Below are positions 12,596 through 24,095 of a stretch of DNA of 64,000 nucleotides, one piece after another. Origin of the DNA: Octopus sinensis. Taxonomy: Eukaryota. Below the pieces are notes generated by a model. The model searched no databases. It had not been told where the DNA came from and saw only the letters and a program-made list of their open reading frames with translations. The DNA is taken from assembly GCF_006345805.1 (NCBI RefSeq), contig NC_043003.1, positions 11,718,001-11,782,000 of the forward strand. Direction: 5' to 3'. Each line of letters opens with the position of its first letter. The first letter of the stretch is position 1. Position numbers and translations under genes: made by a program.

Positions 12596-12990
12596 CCCGT
12601 TGGCAAAATTCACCTATTACATTCACTTGACACAGCAGGGCCCCAATGCTAAATACTGTTTTTATGAACTTTTATATGTCTGAGATATCATATCGTTTGT
12701 CAAAGTTCTTGTATTCCTGTAAAAAGATTCTAAGATCTCTATTTTATTCTATTTTATTTTATTTCAAATTTATCTTCTAAATAAGAATCAAGCCGTTACC
12801 AAACTGCCAGGATCTATGCCACCCATGTCGATGTTATATATATTTATTTAAAAGACATGATATATTACAAGAACCTCGGAATCTTATTTGCGTTTGTATT
12901 TTCTTTTAATTTAAGTCATTGCCATTCTTTCTGCTGTTATCTTTCCTTTTATATTATCTTATTTTTGTCTAAATTTGGTGTATATGTATG

Positions 12991-13195
12991 TCATCATCAT
13001 TATCATCATCACTATTGTATATCCCTTTTCCGTGTTGGCATGGATTGGATGGTTAGTCAGATGGTGGCAGGCCAGAGGACTGCATCAAGCTTCAATGTCT
13101 TCTCTGGCCCAGTTGCTACACCTGGATGCCCATCCTAATTCTAACCACTTCACAGAGTATACCAGGTGTTTTTTTACATGATACCGGTGCTGATG
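12991..13195 (-). mobile_element. Diverged RTE-type 3' fragment
   Basis: (CAT)n, TTCCGTGTTGGCATGGATTGG, CTGGATGCCCATCCTAA similar to reverse RTE tail. Confidence 0.6.
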
Positions 13196-13304
13196 AAGTC
13201 ACCAGGTCGCTTGCAAAACAAGACCCCCTCCCCTCAGCTGAATGGAGAGTATGATAAGGGGACAGGAACAGGTGTTTTCCTGTAGGGGAGCTTTTTAAAG
13301 GCAT

Positions 13305-13670
13305 GCAGGTATGGATTTGTGGTTAAGAAGTTTACTTCCCAACTATATGGTTCTAGGTTCATTCACACTGCATGGAACTTTGGGTCCTGGTTGACTAATG
13401 CCATGTGAGTGAATTTGAAAGAGGGAAATTGTGTGGAAGCCTGTTGCAAATGTGTGTGTTTGTATTTGTCCCCCCCCCTTTCAGTTTACAACCAGTGTTA
13501 GTTTGTTGACATCCCCATGACTTAGAAGTTCAGCAAAAGATGCCTATAGAATAATTACCAGACTTAAAATGAATACTGGGGGTCGATTTGTTTGACTAAG
13601 CCCTTCGAGGCAGTGCCCCAGCATGGTCACAGTCCAATGACTGTAACAACTAGAAGATAAAAGATAGCTT
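13305..13670 (+). mobile_element. SINE-A, old diverged copy
   Basis: Head-like GTGGTTAAGAAG, then CAGCATGGTCACAGTCCAATGACTG tail hairpin. Confidence 0.7.
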
Positions 13671-14034
13671 TAACCATCCCACCTTCGATGAAGGACTACA
13701 TTATGTGTGACTTTTTGGAGATGGTAATGTATGATATGAGATGATTTAGCTGCTGTTTCTAGCATGTTCTTCATTTATCCTTTGTTTAATCAGCCTCCCT
13801 GATGTCACACCGTATGTCTGTTAATCATCATTGTCATCATCATTGATCAGCATTGACTTTTCCATCCTTGCCTAGGTCAGACAAAATTCATTGAGACAGA
13901 TTTTTCTACTGGTGGATGCTCTTCCTGTCACCAACCCTCGTTTCTAAAGCAAGGTAATATTATCCTGTGGCCAGGAATATTTTCCATGGAAGACCAGAAC
14001 GGTGCTGTTTGTGTACAAGGGTACTCAAACGTAT

Positions 14035-14071
<37 letters not shown>

Positions 14072-14164
14072 ACTCCTTTTTTTCCATACCTCAGTACTTC
14101 TCCTCCTCATTCAGTTGAGTGTTCTTTCTTGCCCTGCAAATTACTTGGTGATCTCACTGGTGCT

Positions 14165-14495
14165 GGTGCCCATAAAAAGCACCCGGTACACTCTGTGAAG
14201 TGGTTGGCATCCCTGTATCTCCCCAACAGCAAAGTACCTGTTCTCGTCACTCTATCCTACTTTAACTTCTCATCACCTGGCATAATCTCTCCACCCAGTA
14301 CTACTCTATACTCAATTGAGGACAGGGTGACTTGGTGACTTCATCAGCACTGACATCACTTTACAGGAAGGGTGTCCAGCTGTAGAAACTATGCCAGAAC
14401 AGACAGTAGGACCTGGTGCAGTCTTCTGACTTGCCTGTTCCTGTTGACCTGTCCAACCCATGCCAGCATGGAAAACAGACATTGAATGATGATGA
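14165..14495 (+). mobile_element. RTE-type 3' fragment interrupted by ~150 bp
   Basis: AAAAGCACCC..ACACTC..GTGGTTGGCAT interrupted at ~14211-14360, resumes AGGAAGGGTGTCCAGCTGTAG...CCCATGCCAGCATGGAAAA...(GAT)n. Confidence 0.65.
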
Positions 14496-15449
14496 CAATA
14501 TGTGATAAGCTTCTTTCAGTTTCTGTTTATCAAGTCCACTCATGAGGCTTTGATTGGCCTGGAGCTAATTGTAGAAAATCCCTGCCCCAGGTGCCATGCA
14601 ATGGGATTGAACCGGAGACCTCATGGTTGAGAAGTAAACTTCTTAACCACACAGACATGTCTGTACCCACCCCCACCTGCACCTCTCTAATGTTTCATGA
14701 TATTGTTTTGTTTGTTTCCTTCTGGTTATATCATCATTAACTCCTTTAGTATACGTAGGTCCCCTGTAAGGTAGTGATAGGAGTGTCCTTTCTTGTGTAA
14801 AAATCTGTTTGAAGATAGCACATGGGAAAATGTGGAGGAGGAATGCGTATTGTATAACTATATATATATATATGTGTGTGTGTATTTGTGTATGCGTGAG
14901 AGGGAAGGAAAGAGATAGAGAGCATGTAAGTTATCTCCTATTTATTTAATAGAAAAGAAAAACAGTTATGTAATATGGAATAAGAATTGGTAAAAAGAAA
15001 ACAAAAAGAAACGTCTGCCATCTTTACTATTTGATGGTTGCAGCCAGACATTAAAAACCTGTCACCTGACCTCACCTGATTTCACTGACTGTCACCTTCA
15101 CCTCACCTCACCTGAACACACCCTTAGTTCCTTAGTTATCTGATTCTATTGGGGACGGGGTTATTTTTCTGCTTTTTATTTTAATTTTATTTGCTTCATT
15201 AATTTCCCACCCTTTTCTGTTATTTTTCTTTAAAATTGTTGCAAGAATTGGGTTTTTATTCCATGTTCTTTTTATATTGAAAGTTCCACCTTTTTTTTTA
15301 GATGTTCAACAATCCCATTCCCCTCTTTTTGTCTGTATCTGTCTATCTTGCTAGCTATCTCTATCTACGTCTATTTGATTATCCATGCTCTTAAATTCAC
15401 ATTTCCATCACAAAAAAGCACTACAATAAATAGACAGAATATCATCATA

Positions 15450-15490
<41 letters not shown>

Positions 15491-15780
15491 GTGTATGTAT
15501 GTATGTATATATGGAGAGAGAGAGTGAGAAAGGCACTTTGGAAGCAGAATTATGTTAGTTTTGTAAATTTGGTGACTGCAAAGAAAACGCTGGTAGATAA
15601 TGATCATGGCAAAATTCAATGCAAATCCACAATCTTCGGATTGTCAATAGTTAGTTGCACACTCAAAATTCTAACTTATCAAAGCTATTAAAATAGATTG
15701 ATGAAAGAGATTGTCCCACTGCTCTTTCACCACCACCACCACCTACCTCTTTCTTGTCTTTTTCTTTCTTTTCTCTTCAG

Positions 15781-15801
15781 CTACTCCTAAGATCTCATAT
15801 G
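15781..15801 (+). CDS. Candidate 21-nt frame-preserving microexon (phase 1: TPKISY)
   Basis: Very strong pyrimidine tract ending TTCTCTTCAG at 15780, followed 21 nt later by G|GTTAGA. No homology recognised. Confidence 0.2.
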
Positions 15802-16214
15802 GTTAGATCAGTTCTTAAAAGCAAAGCTTTGAGACAAACTAGGAAAAGACCAATATAGATGAAAAGAAATTGTTATTTGCCAGTTATGTTAGAGAATCCA
15901 TAAAAAAAAAAAAAAAATAAGGAAGATGGTGGTTAGGCTGAGGATTTGTGTTTGATCTGAGATAGTAGTTTGTGGTCTTCATTCTCTCTTCCTATTCCCT
16001 TCAATATATAACAACAACTAACTATCTTTAACTGGTCTTGGTGAAAATATAACTGTTTAATCAGAAAAGAAAACGTAAAGTTTAATGGCGAGCTTGAATT
16101 ATATTCTTTTCTGCCTCTACTGATCATTCTTCAACATTTTAATGATAGTTCTCTCCAAACCATATGAGTGCACATGTGATCTATCTACGCATTTATGTAT
16201 ATGGGTGTATTTAT

Positions 16215-16632
16215 GTATATCTGTCTGACTGTCTCTTTCTATTTGTTTGTGTATCTCTCTATCCATCTGTCTATCTTTTTGTCTATCTATCTATCTGTCT
16301 ATCTCTCTATCTGCCTATCTTTTTGTCTATCTTTCTGTCTATCTATCTGTCTATCTGTCTGTCTATCATTTTGTCTATCTATCTATCTGCCTGTTTATCA
16401 TTTTGCCTATCTTTCTGTCTCTCTATCTGTTTGTCTATCTATCTGTCTATCATTTTGTCTATATGTCTGCCTGTCTGTCTATCTATCTATCATTTTGTCT
16501 TTTTGTCTGTCTATCTTTTTGTCTATCTTCCCGTCTATCTATCTGTCTCTCTCTCCATCTTTCTATCTGTTTGTCTATCTTTTTGTCTATCTATCTATAT
16601 ATATTTCTATCTTTCTGTCTATCTATCTATTA
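16215..16632. repeat. (TCTA/TCTG)n tetranucleotide repeat with TCATTTTG/CTTTTTG interruptions
   Basis: Directly visible; source of LSICLS pseudo-ORFs. Confidence 0.95.
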
Positions 16633-16669
16633 ACTACACATATATATGTACCCGTGTGTAGTGAACAAG

Positions 16670-17040
16670 CTTACATTGCAACTGCAACATTTTGGGTTCA
16701 CTCCTACTGCTAGGCACCTTGGGTAGAGTGTCTCCTACTATAGACTCCGACCAACCAATGCCATGTGAGGGAATTTGGTAGACAGAGACTGAGTGGAAGA
16801 TGTGTGTGTGTGCCTTTGTGTATGTGTGTTTGCATGTCGCTTCTTTCACTCCTCTCCACTGCTTGACAACCAGTGTTGGTTTGTTTATGTCTGTAGCTTT
16901 GCAATTTCAGCAAAAGTGATCGATATGATAAGTGCCAAGCAAACAAAAAAAAAAAAGTCCTAGAGTTGATTTGTTCAGCTGAATGCTTCAAGACAGTGCC
17001 CCAGCTTGGCCACAGTTCAATGACTGAAACGAGTAAATGA
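16670..17040 (+). mobile_element. SINE-A, diverged copy
   Basis: GCACCTTGGGTAGAGTGTCT core-like segment; CAGCTTGGCCACAGTTCAATGACTGAAACGAGTAAA tail. Confidence 0.75.
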
Positions 17041-17074
17041 TAAAAACTATATGTATGTGTGTTGGTGTTGTCAT

Positions 17075-17215
17075 CACCTTGTCATCATTTCATGTCCATG
17101 TTTCATGCTGGCGTGGGTTGGACAGTTTGAGAAGATTCATTGGGCCCAAGAACTGCATCGTGCTTCAGTGCCTGCTTTGGCATGGTTTCTATAGTTGGAC
17201 AGCATTCCTAATGCA
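17075..17215 (-). mobile_element. RTE-type 3' fragment, cut by the mariner MITE
   Basis: TTTCATGCTGGCGTGGGTTGG..TTGGCATGGTTTCTATAGTTGGA..ATTCCTAATGC ends at the TA of the MITE. Confidence 0.65.
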
Positions 17216-17219
17216 TATA

Positions 17220-17559
17220 CAAGGGAGTGCTGAAAAGTTCCTGGCTTTTAAGGGTATCACGAAAGGCCTGGTTGGCAGCCCAACCTTCTGAGTTCTTTTA
17301 CAGGGCTTAGAAAAACTGAAGGACCGCTGTAATAAGTGTGTGAATCTGAGAGGGGAATCATCATCATCATCATCGTTTAACGTCCGCTTTCGATGATGAT
17401 GATTCCTCTCTCCGATTCACACTTATTGCAGTGGTCCTTTAGTTTTTCTAAGCTCTGTAAAAGAACTCGGAAGGTTGGGCGTTGAATAAAATTGTAATGA
17501 ACCGATCCTCCTGTATTTTCTTTTACACAATGCCTGGAACTTTTCTACACCTCCTCATG
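17220..17559 (+). mobile_element. Mariner-derived MITE carrying an internal inverted duplication
   Basis: TA|CAAGGGAGTGCTGAAAAGTTCCTGG left end, degenerate CCTGGAACTTTTCTACACCTCCTCATG|TA right end; 17304-17357 encodes GLEKLKDRCNKCVNLRGE, resembling a mariner transposase C-terminus. Confidence 0.8.
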
Positions 17560-17567
17560 TATGTATG

Positions 17568-17597
<30 letters not shown>

Positions 17598-17602
<5 letters not shown>

Positions 17603-17891
17603 TGTTCCTTCTCGAGCCACGTCTGGCTCATAAGGGCCGGTTTCCTTGGCATATAGGTTCCCCACCTGGACGGGACGCTGGTCCATCACAGGTGAATGCT
17701 AGATGCAGGAGGAAAGAGTGAGAAAAAGTTGTGGCAAGAGAGTCAGCAGAAGTTCGCCATTACCTTCTGCCGGAGCCGCGCGGAGCTTAGGTATTTTGCG
17801 CATAAACACACACATTGCCCGGTCTGAGATTCGAACCCGCAATCCCTTGACTGCGAGTCCACTGCTCTAACCACTAGGCCATGTGCCTCCA
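17598..17891 (-). mobile_element. SINE-C (tRNA head, V-domain-like)
   Basis: Reverse complement of GGAGGCACATGGCCTAGTGG head, GGTTCGAATCTC B box, ACCTGTGATGGACCAGCGTCCCGTCCAGG V-like domain and AGAAGGAACAAACAA tail. Confidence 0.85.
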
Positions 17892-18405
17892 CACAAACAA
17901 TGAATTCTGTAGAACGAATTAGTGAGGATTGCTCAATATATATGATAGATTAAGTGGTATATTAAAATTGGATTTTTATCTCATGGCTTGGGTTTCGCAC
18001 AAGAGAGAGAGAGAGAGAGCAGAGAACAAATTTATACATGTGTGTGTGTGTGTGTGTTTAAGTGTATGATCTTGAAGTGGTGAGAGCGAAATTGATGTTA
18101 CTGGATCTGGTATATTGAGGGTGTAACCTTTACACTTAATAGCCCCTAAGGGACATTCAAGCAAGTTTTGATCTTGTTTAATACACTCTCAACTTCAACT
18201 GCTCTCTTGATATTCCAACATAATGGTATTTCACTTGTCTTGTTGTGTGATGTGTGTGTGTGTGTATGTGTGAATGGTCTTACTGAATGTATGTGTGTGT
18301 GTGTGTGTGTGTGTGTGAGCATGTGTTTAATGAAAGCATTCTGGGATTCTTGTTTTGTTATTGGCTTTTTTTCCTGTTTCATGAGGCATTAAATGTTTAT
18401 ATATA

Positions 18406-18447
<42 letters not shown>

Positions 18448-18560
18448 CATGTAGTGTATGTCTGTGTATGTATGCCTATGTGATGTCTGCATAAGTACAT
18501 GTGTGATGTGTGTGTATATTTACTAGTATGCATGTATGTAAATATATATGTATGCACATA

Positions 18561-18598
<38 letters not shown>

Positions 18599-19184
18599 AT
18601 ATATATATATATATATATGTATAAAAGCATGTGCATATAAACAGTTGATGAGAGTTGCCCGTTCATTATTCAATCATATATATTCATACATACATTTTAT
18701 ATATATATATAAAATGTGTGTTAGTGTGTGTGTGTGTGTAAACAGTTAATGAGAATTACTCATTCATTATTCAATTTCACACACATGCACGCAAATTACG
18801 CAAGCAAAACTGAATAAATGAATGACTCACCCACTTTTTACTTGTACATATATATATATATATACTCTACCACATGTAATGAATATTTTTCTTTCTCTCA
18901 CACACACACAAATCAATCTAGTTATGTCTTGTAATATGTTGTTATTTTTTTTTTATTTTTGTAATGTCACAGAGTGCCCAGCATTGTAGCATTAGACCTG
19001 TGAATTTGTATGCAGTTATGTGTTGAAGCATATTCGAAGTACAGCGCATTGTATGTCAATAGATGCTGAATAATGTATCTTCTGTATCACATGATCAATC
19101 AGACTAACGAATGTTTGTTATACACTGCTGATCATGGTGCGCTTTGCATCGTTTTTAGCTTCTGGCTTGGTGAGCAGTCCAACA

Positions 19185-19355
19185 CCCCCCTGATCGGATG
19201 GCTATTCTGTTGTAGGGTTATACTCTTTTACAGCTGAATGGACTGGAGCAACATGAAATGAAGTGTTTTGCTCAAGGACATCATGTACCACCCTGCCTGG
19301 GAATTGAACCTCTTCTCTAGAAATCATGTCTGCATCACCCTAAACACTAGCCATG
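19185..19355 (-). mobile_element. SINE-D 5' part
   Basis: ACAGCTGAATGGACTGGAGCAAC..TTGCTCAAGGACA..GGAATTGAACC..CCTAAACACTAG = reverse complement of a tRNA-like head plus core-like segment. Confidence 0.65.
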
Positions 19356-19396
19356 TGCCTTCACATCTCAATAGATATTGTATAATGCATATATAT

Positions 19397-19830
19397 ATTT
19401 CATTTCATCTAGTTTCAGCTCACAAGCTGTGGCCATGCTGGGGCACTGCCATTTGGTGTTGCTACATAATTTTACTTCACGAATGCTTTTTAGCAATTGC
19501 CATTTGGTGCATGAGACAGTTTGATGCAGCTGCCCTCATCTGCACCTCCTGCCATGAAGTTGGTTCATCTGGGACACCTGACAGGAAGAGCTCCAGCTTT
19601 ATTTTGAAGGCACCTACATCCACCCCATGCAGGTCTCTCAGGTCCTTCGGGAGGATACTGAAGAGCTGTGGACCTCTGAAACCCAGGCTATTGCAGTATC
19701 TTGTCCTACATCTTGATGGCAAATTTGGAGTCCTTGGCACTATGCAGTTATGCCCAGTACTAGTATTTGTGTAACTCTCGATGCCGAAGTTTGGGACAAG
19801 TCCTTCCAGGATCTTCCAGATGTACATTAT
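19397..19830 (-). mobile_element. CR1/L2-group LINE 3' end (ORF2 C-terminus, short 3' UTR, tail)
   Basis: ORF 19477-19827 YIWKILEGLVPN...GPQLFSILPKDLR...FKIKLELFLSGVPDEP...NCLMHQ matches the post-RT C-terminal motifs of CR1-type ORF2; UTR ends CAGCTTGTGAGCTGAAACTAG(ATGAA)n. Confidence 0.85.
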
Positions 19831-19869
19831 GGCATATCTTTATATATATATAAAACACTCTTATGTAAG

Positions 19870-19985
19870 TGTCATCATCATCATTGTTTAACGTCTGTGT
19901 TCCATGCTGGCATGGGTTGGATGGTTTCACAGGAGCTGTCCAGGTTGAAGACTGCACCAGACTTCTGTGTCTGTTTTGACATCAG
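19870..19985 (-). mobile_element. RTE-type 3' tail
   Basis: (CAT)nTGTTTAACGTCTGTGTTCCATGCTGGCATGGGTTGG. Confidence 0.75.
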
Positions 19986-20072
19986 TCTCTTTTGACAAAC
20001 AGTTAAATTACAGGGTTATAAACTGACCAATCCCAGTTGTCAAGCAGTGGTGAGGTGCACACACAAACACAC

Positions 20073-20121
<49 letters not shown>

Positions 20122-20122
<1 letters not shown>

Positions 20123-20635
20123 TAGCAGTATCGCCCGGGGTTGCTCGGGTTTGTAAGGGAAATAACTATATAAACATTTTTAGAGAGTTACTTCCCTTAT
20201 AGATGCCAATTCGGGCTTTCTTAGCCATTTCTGTTTTGGTGTCTTCAAGCCATGAAGTCGTTGTTCTAAAAGAACGCTGGTCTCCTTGACAACACTTTAC
20301 GACGTTGATTTCCTTACACTCCCTTCCCCACAGCTTCACGAGGGAGGGAAGAAGGGGGAGAAGCAAACAGGTGCAGGTGTGACCATGGACGCCAACTCTG
20401 CCGCCATTGACACACGAAAAATTATGCATTAAAATGGAATAAAAAATGATGTTAAATTATTTTTAAAATCGTAGACTCATCGTAGACGCGCGCTAATACT
20501 CAGACGGGCTCGATATGAATCACGACTATAAGATACCCGAATTTGGTTAAACTGCACCGCAAAATGTGGGAGTAGTTAGGAATCTAAATCGAAGGGGACA
20601 GACACTCACACAACTACAGTTTTATATATATAGAT
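20122..20635 (+). mobile_element. Non-autonomous Helentron/Helitron-like element (HINE/DINE-1 type)
   Basis: Starts ACTAGCAGTATCGCCCGGGGTTGCTCGGG (5' hairpin) within (TA)n; ends GGACAGACA..AACTACAGTTTTATATATATAGAT; first ~70 bp shared with 35544-35928. Confidence 0.7.
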
Positions 20636-20656
20636 ATATATATATACACACACGAA

Positions 20657-20890
20657 GGGCGGCACGCTGGCAGAAACGTTAGCGCACTGTGCGAAATGCT
20701 TACGGGTATTTCATCTGTCGTTACGTTCTGAGTTCAAATTCTGCCACGGTCGACTTTGCCTTTTATCCTTTCGGGGTCAATAAATTAAGTACCAGTTTCG
20801 CACTGGGGTCGATGTAATCGACTTAATCCTTTTGTCGGTCCTTGTTTGTCCCCTCTATGTTTAGCCCCTTGTGGGCAGTCAAGAAATATA
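20657..20890 (+). mobile_element. SINE-B, tail B1
   Basis: Full head, Meta-like domain, tail GGGCAGTCAAGAAATA. Confidence 0.85.
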
Positions 20891-21024
20891 TATATGCACG
20901 ATGAGCTTCTTTTAGTTTTCATCTACCAAATTCACTCACAAGGCAGTGGTCATTCTAAGGTGCCATGCAGTGCGACTAAACTCAAAACCACATGGTATGC
21001 AAGGCAGTAACCATATTAGTGTCC

Positions 21025-21260
21025 ATCATCATTTAATGTCCCTTTTCCATCCTGGCATTGGTTGGATGGTTTGACCAGAGCTGGTAAGGCCAGAAGCCAT
21101 ACTAAGTTCCGTTTGTCTGCTTTGGCATGGTTTCTACAGCTGGATACCCTTCCTGACACCAACCATTTTACAGTGTACTGGGTGCATTGTATGTGACACC
21201 TAGCACCAGTGCTTTTCAGATGGCACCATCACCAGTGCTTTTTACATAGCACCAGCACCA
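21025..21260 (-). mobile_element. RTE-type 3' fragment
   Basis: (CAT)nTTAATGTCCCTTTTCCATCCTGGCATTGGTTGG..CAGCTGGATACCCTTCC. Confidence 0.7.
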
Positions 21261-22429
21261 AAAGGGTTACCAAGCATCTTGCAAGACAAAGAACACCTCA
21301 ACTGGGAATAGTATTGAGTGGGTGTAGTTTTGTGCCAGTTGAGAGATTTAAGGTACAGAGGTGCTCAATGTAGATTAGAACCATGCCCCAGGGAGAGAGT
21401 GTGACATAATATTTACAATGGCATTCAAATTGAACTCGTGACCATGCTGCCCCCACCACCAACACCACATGAATACACATATTTCGCAACACATTGAATT
21501 TAAAAGCGCCAGACAACTTTGGTTTATTAAAATATTATTTTTTAATCCAAAAGAAGAATTTTTTTTTTTTATTATTTTAGTTATAAAGAGTCTTGTGCAT
21601 TTATGTCAAAACACAATGTCAAATCTTGTAAAGCACTAATATCTGAAACCATGCTATTAGTTGCTTTCAGAATGTTTGGTATTGGTTGGAAAAAAACTTG
21701 ACAATATTATTATTGTTATTACTACTACTATTATTACAACTATTATTATTATTATTATTAGTTGCTTTTGTTTTTATTTTCGTTTGAGTTTTCACCCTGC
21801 TCTTCCCTCCCGCCCCGCTCCGCTCCGTCCCCTCCCCTTGCCCTCCTCTTCTGTCCCTTTGTTATCATTTGTCTGGTTCCACTCCCTGAATACTGACAGC
21901 TACTTCTAGATAAACAACAACCTCACTCCCTACCTCCCACGCCCCACCTCAAACATATTACATCATGTCATAGAATATGATACCGATTGCTACTTAGTAG
22001 GGTGGGCTTAGCTCTTGCTACTGTCGTGGGCAAACAAAAAACGACAACAAAAAAAAATAAAACAAACAAAAAGCAGTGGTAAAACTAGCTTAGGTTAGTG
22101 GTAAGGGTAGGGGTGGGGGGTGCCGTGAAATGTGGGAATATAATTCTATTATAATCAGCAGATAATCAGTTGTGTACCCTGGTACACCAGTAAATAAATA
22201 AATTATTATAAAACAAAACAAGACACCCAATAACACTGTTGTGGCTATAGATCATACCCGCCTATTTGAAAACTTTCAAGTATTATTGTTTTATATTAAT
22301 TTTATTCATTTAGCTGTTGTTTTTTTTGTATTGTTGTTATTGATGTATTATCACCTCTATCGTCATTATTATTGTTATTATTATCATGATCAATATTATT
22401 ATTGTTATTATTATTATTTGTAAATTATT

Positions 22430-23757
22430 AAGAACAGTAGCAAGCTCTCAGAATTGCTAGCGCACCAGACGAAAATACTTAATAGAATTTTGTCTGTCTT
22501 TGCATTCTAAGTTCAAATTCTGCTTAGGTTGACATTGCCTTTTTCAGAGTCAATGGAAATAAGTACCAGTTATGCACTGGGGTCAATATAAATTGACTTA
22601 CCCCCCCCCCCTCCGTCAGAATTCTTGGCCTTCTGTCAAAATCGGCATCCAATATTATTATTATAAAAGTGGCGAAAGGCAGAGATCTGTCAGAATCATT
22701 AGCATGCCGGGCGAAATGCTTAACGGTATTTCGTCTGCAGCTACGTTCTGAGTTCAAATTTCACCAAGGTTGACTTTGCCTTTCATCCTTGTTCTCTGAA
22801 TTGCTCATCTTGCCCTTAAATTAGAAATTATTATATGTTCCTGTAACAAAAAAAAAAAAATAAGGAGAAAACATTATTATTACCTGACTTCAAATTTTGC
22901 CAAGGTTCACTTTACCTTTCATCTTTCTGGGGTCAATAAAATAAATACCAGCTGAGCTCTGGGGTTCAATGTAATTGACTAACCCCTGCCCTAAATTTCA
23001 GGTCTTGTGCCCTTATCAGAAAGAATTATTATTCTTAATAGGGCTTTGAGCTACCAGAATCCTTAGCATGTTGGAAAAATTGCTTAGTGGCATTTCTCCT
23101 GATTCTTTCTGCATTTAAGTCCCACCTGGAATTTGTGGGGAGGGGGCTTGTTGATTAGATCAACCCTGAAAGGATGAAAGGCAAAGTCAACCTCGGTGGA
23201 ATTTGAACTCAGAACACCGGAGAAGTACTCAGTTCAATGTAATCTACTTCCTCCTTTCAAAATTGCTGGCCTTGTGCCAAAATTAGAAAGAATTATCATT
23301 ATTATTATTAAGGTGGTGAGCTGGCAGAATCGTTAGCGCACTGGATGAAATGTGTAGCGGTATTTCGCCCGTCGCTACGTTCTGAGTTCAAATTCCGCCG
23401 AGGTCGACTTTGCCTTTCTTTCTTTTGGGGTCGATAAATTAAGTACCAGTCGAGTACTGGGGATTGATGTAATTGACTTACTCCTCCCCCAGAATAGCTG
23501 CCCTTGTGGCAAAATTTGAAACCATTATTATTAGTAGTAGTAGTACTAGGTGGCGAGTTAGCAGAATTGTTAGCATGCCAGGTAAAGCGCTTAGCAGCAT
23601 TCCTTATGTTCTGAGTTCAAATTCTGCCAAGGTCGACTTTGCCTTTCATCCTTTCAGTGTTGATGAAATAAATACCAGCTATACACTGAGGTCGATGTAA
23701 TCAACTAGCCCCTTCCCCTGCAAAATTTCATGCGTTGTGCCTCTAGTAGAAAGGATT
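22430..23757 (+). mobile_element. Cluster of ~6 SINE-B copies/fragments, mostly head-to-tail via (ATT)n
   Basis: Repeated GAGTTCAAATT..GTCGACTTTGCCTTT..AAGTACCAG modules near 22510, 22750, 22890, 23390, 23610 (+) and one minus fragment near 23170. Confidence 0.8.
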
Positions 23758-23998
23758 ATTATTATTATTATCATCATTATTATTATTATTATCATTATTA
23801 TTATTATTATTATTATCATTATTATTATTATTATCATCATTATTATTATTATTATCATCATTATTATTATTATTATTATTATCATCATCATCATCATTAT
23901 TATTATTATCATCATCATTATTATTATCATCATTATTATTATCATCATTATTATTATTATTATTATTATCATTATTATTATTATTATTATTATTATTA
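23755..23998. repeat. (ATT/ATC)n trinucleotide repeat, tail of SINE-B
   Basis: Directly visible; gives poly-I, poly-Y/H and I/M pseudo-ORFs. Confidence 0.95.
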
Positions 23999-24051
23999 CT
24001 ACATATATTGTCTGTGAACTAAAATTGTTTTCTTCTGTTTTTCTGTTGCAG

Positions 24052-24095
24052 TGGCTACCTGGTACATTTTCCGCATCTACTGCAGGCGTGCATGA
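24052..24095 (+). CDS. Candidate terminal coding exon (V)ATWYIFRIYCRRA*, resembling the end of a transmembrane helix plus basic tail
   Basis: Strong acceptor TTTTCTTCTGTTTTTCTGTTGCAG ending 24051; phase-1 frame is hydrophobic then RR, then TGA. No homology recognised. Confidence 0.3.

Noticed and set aside
11104-12652. Many overlapping 60-213 aa ORFs
   Set aside because: Dinucleotide microsatellite open in all frames; same applies at 16164-16713, 35794-36660 and 42717-43081.
19268-19774. 168-aa plus-strand ORF
   Set aside because: Antisense shadow of the CR1 ORF2 fragment plus SINE-D sequence.
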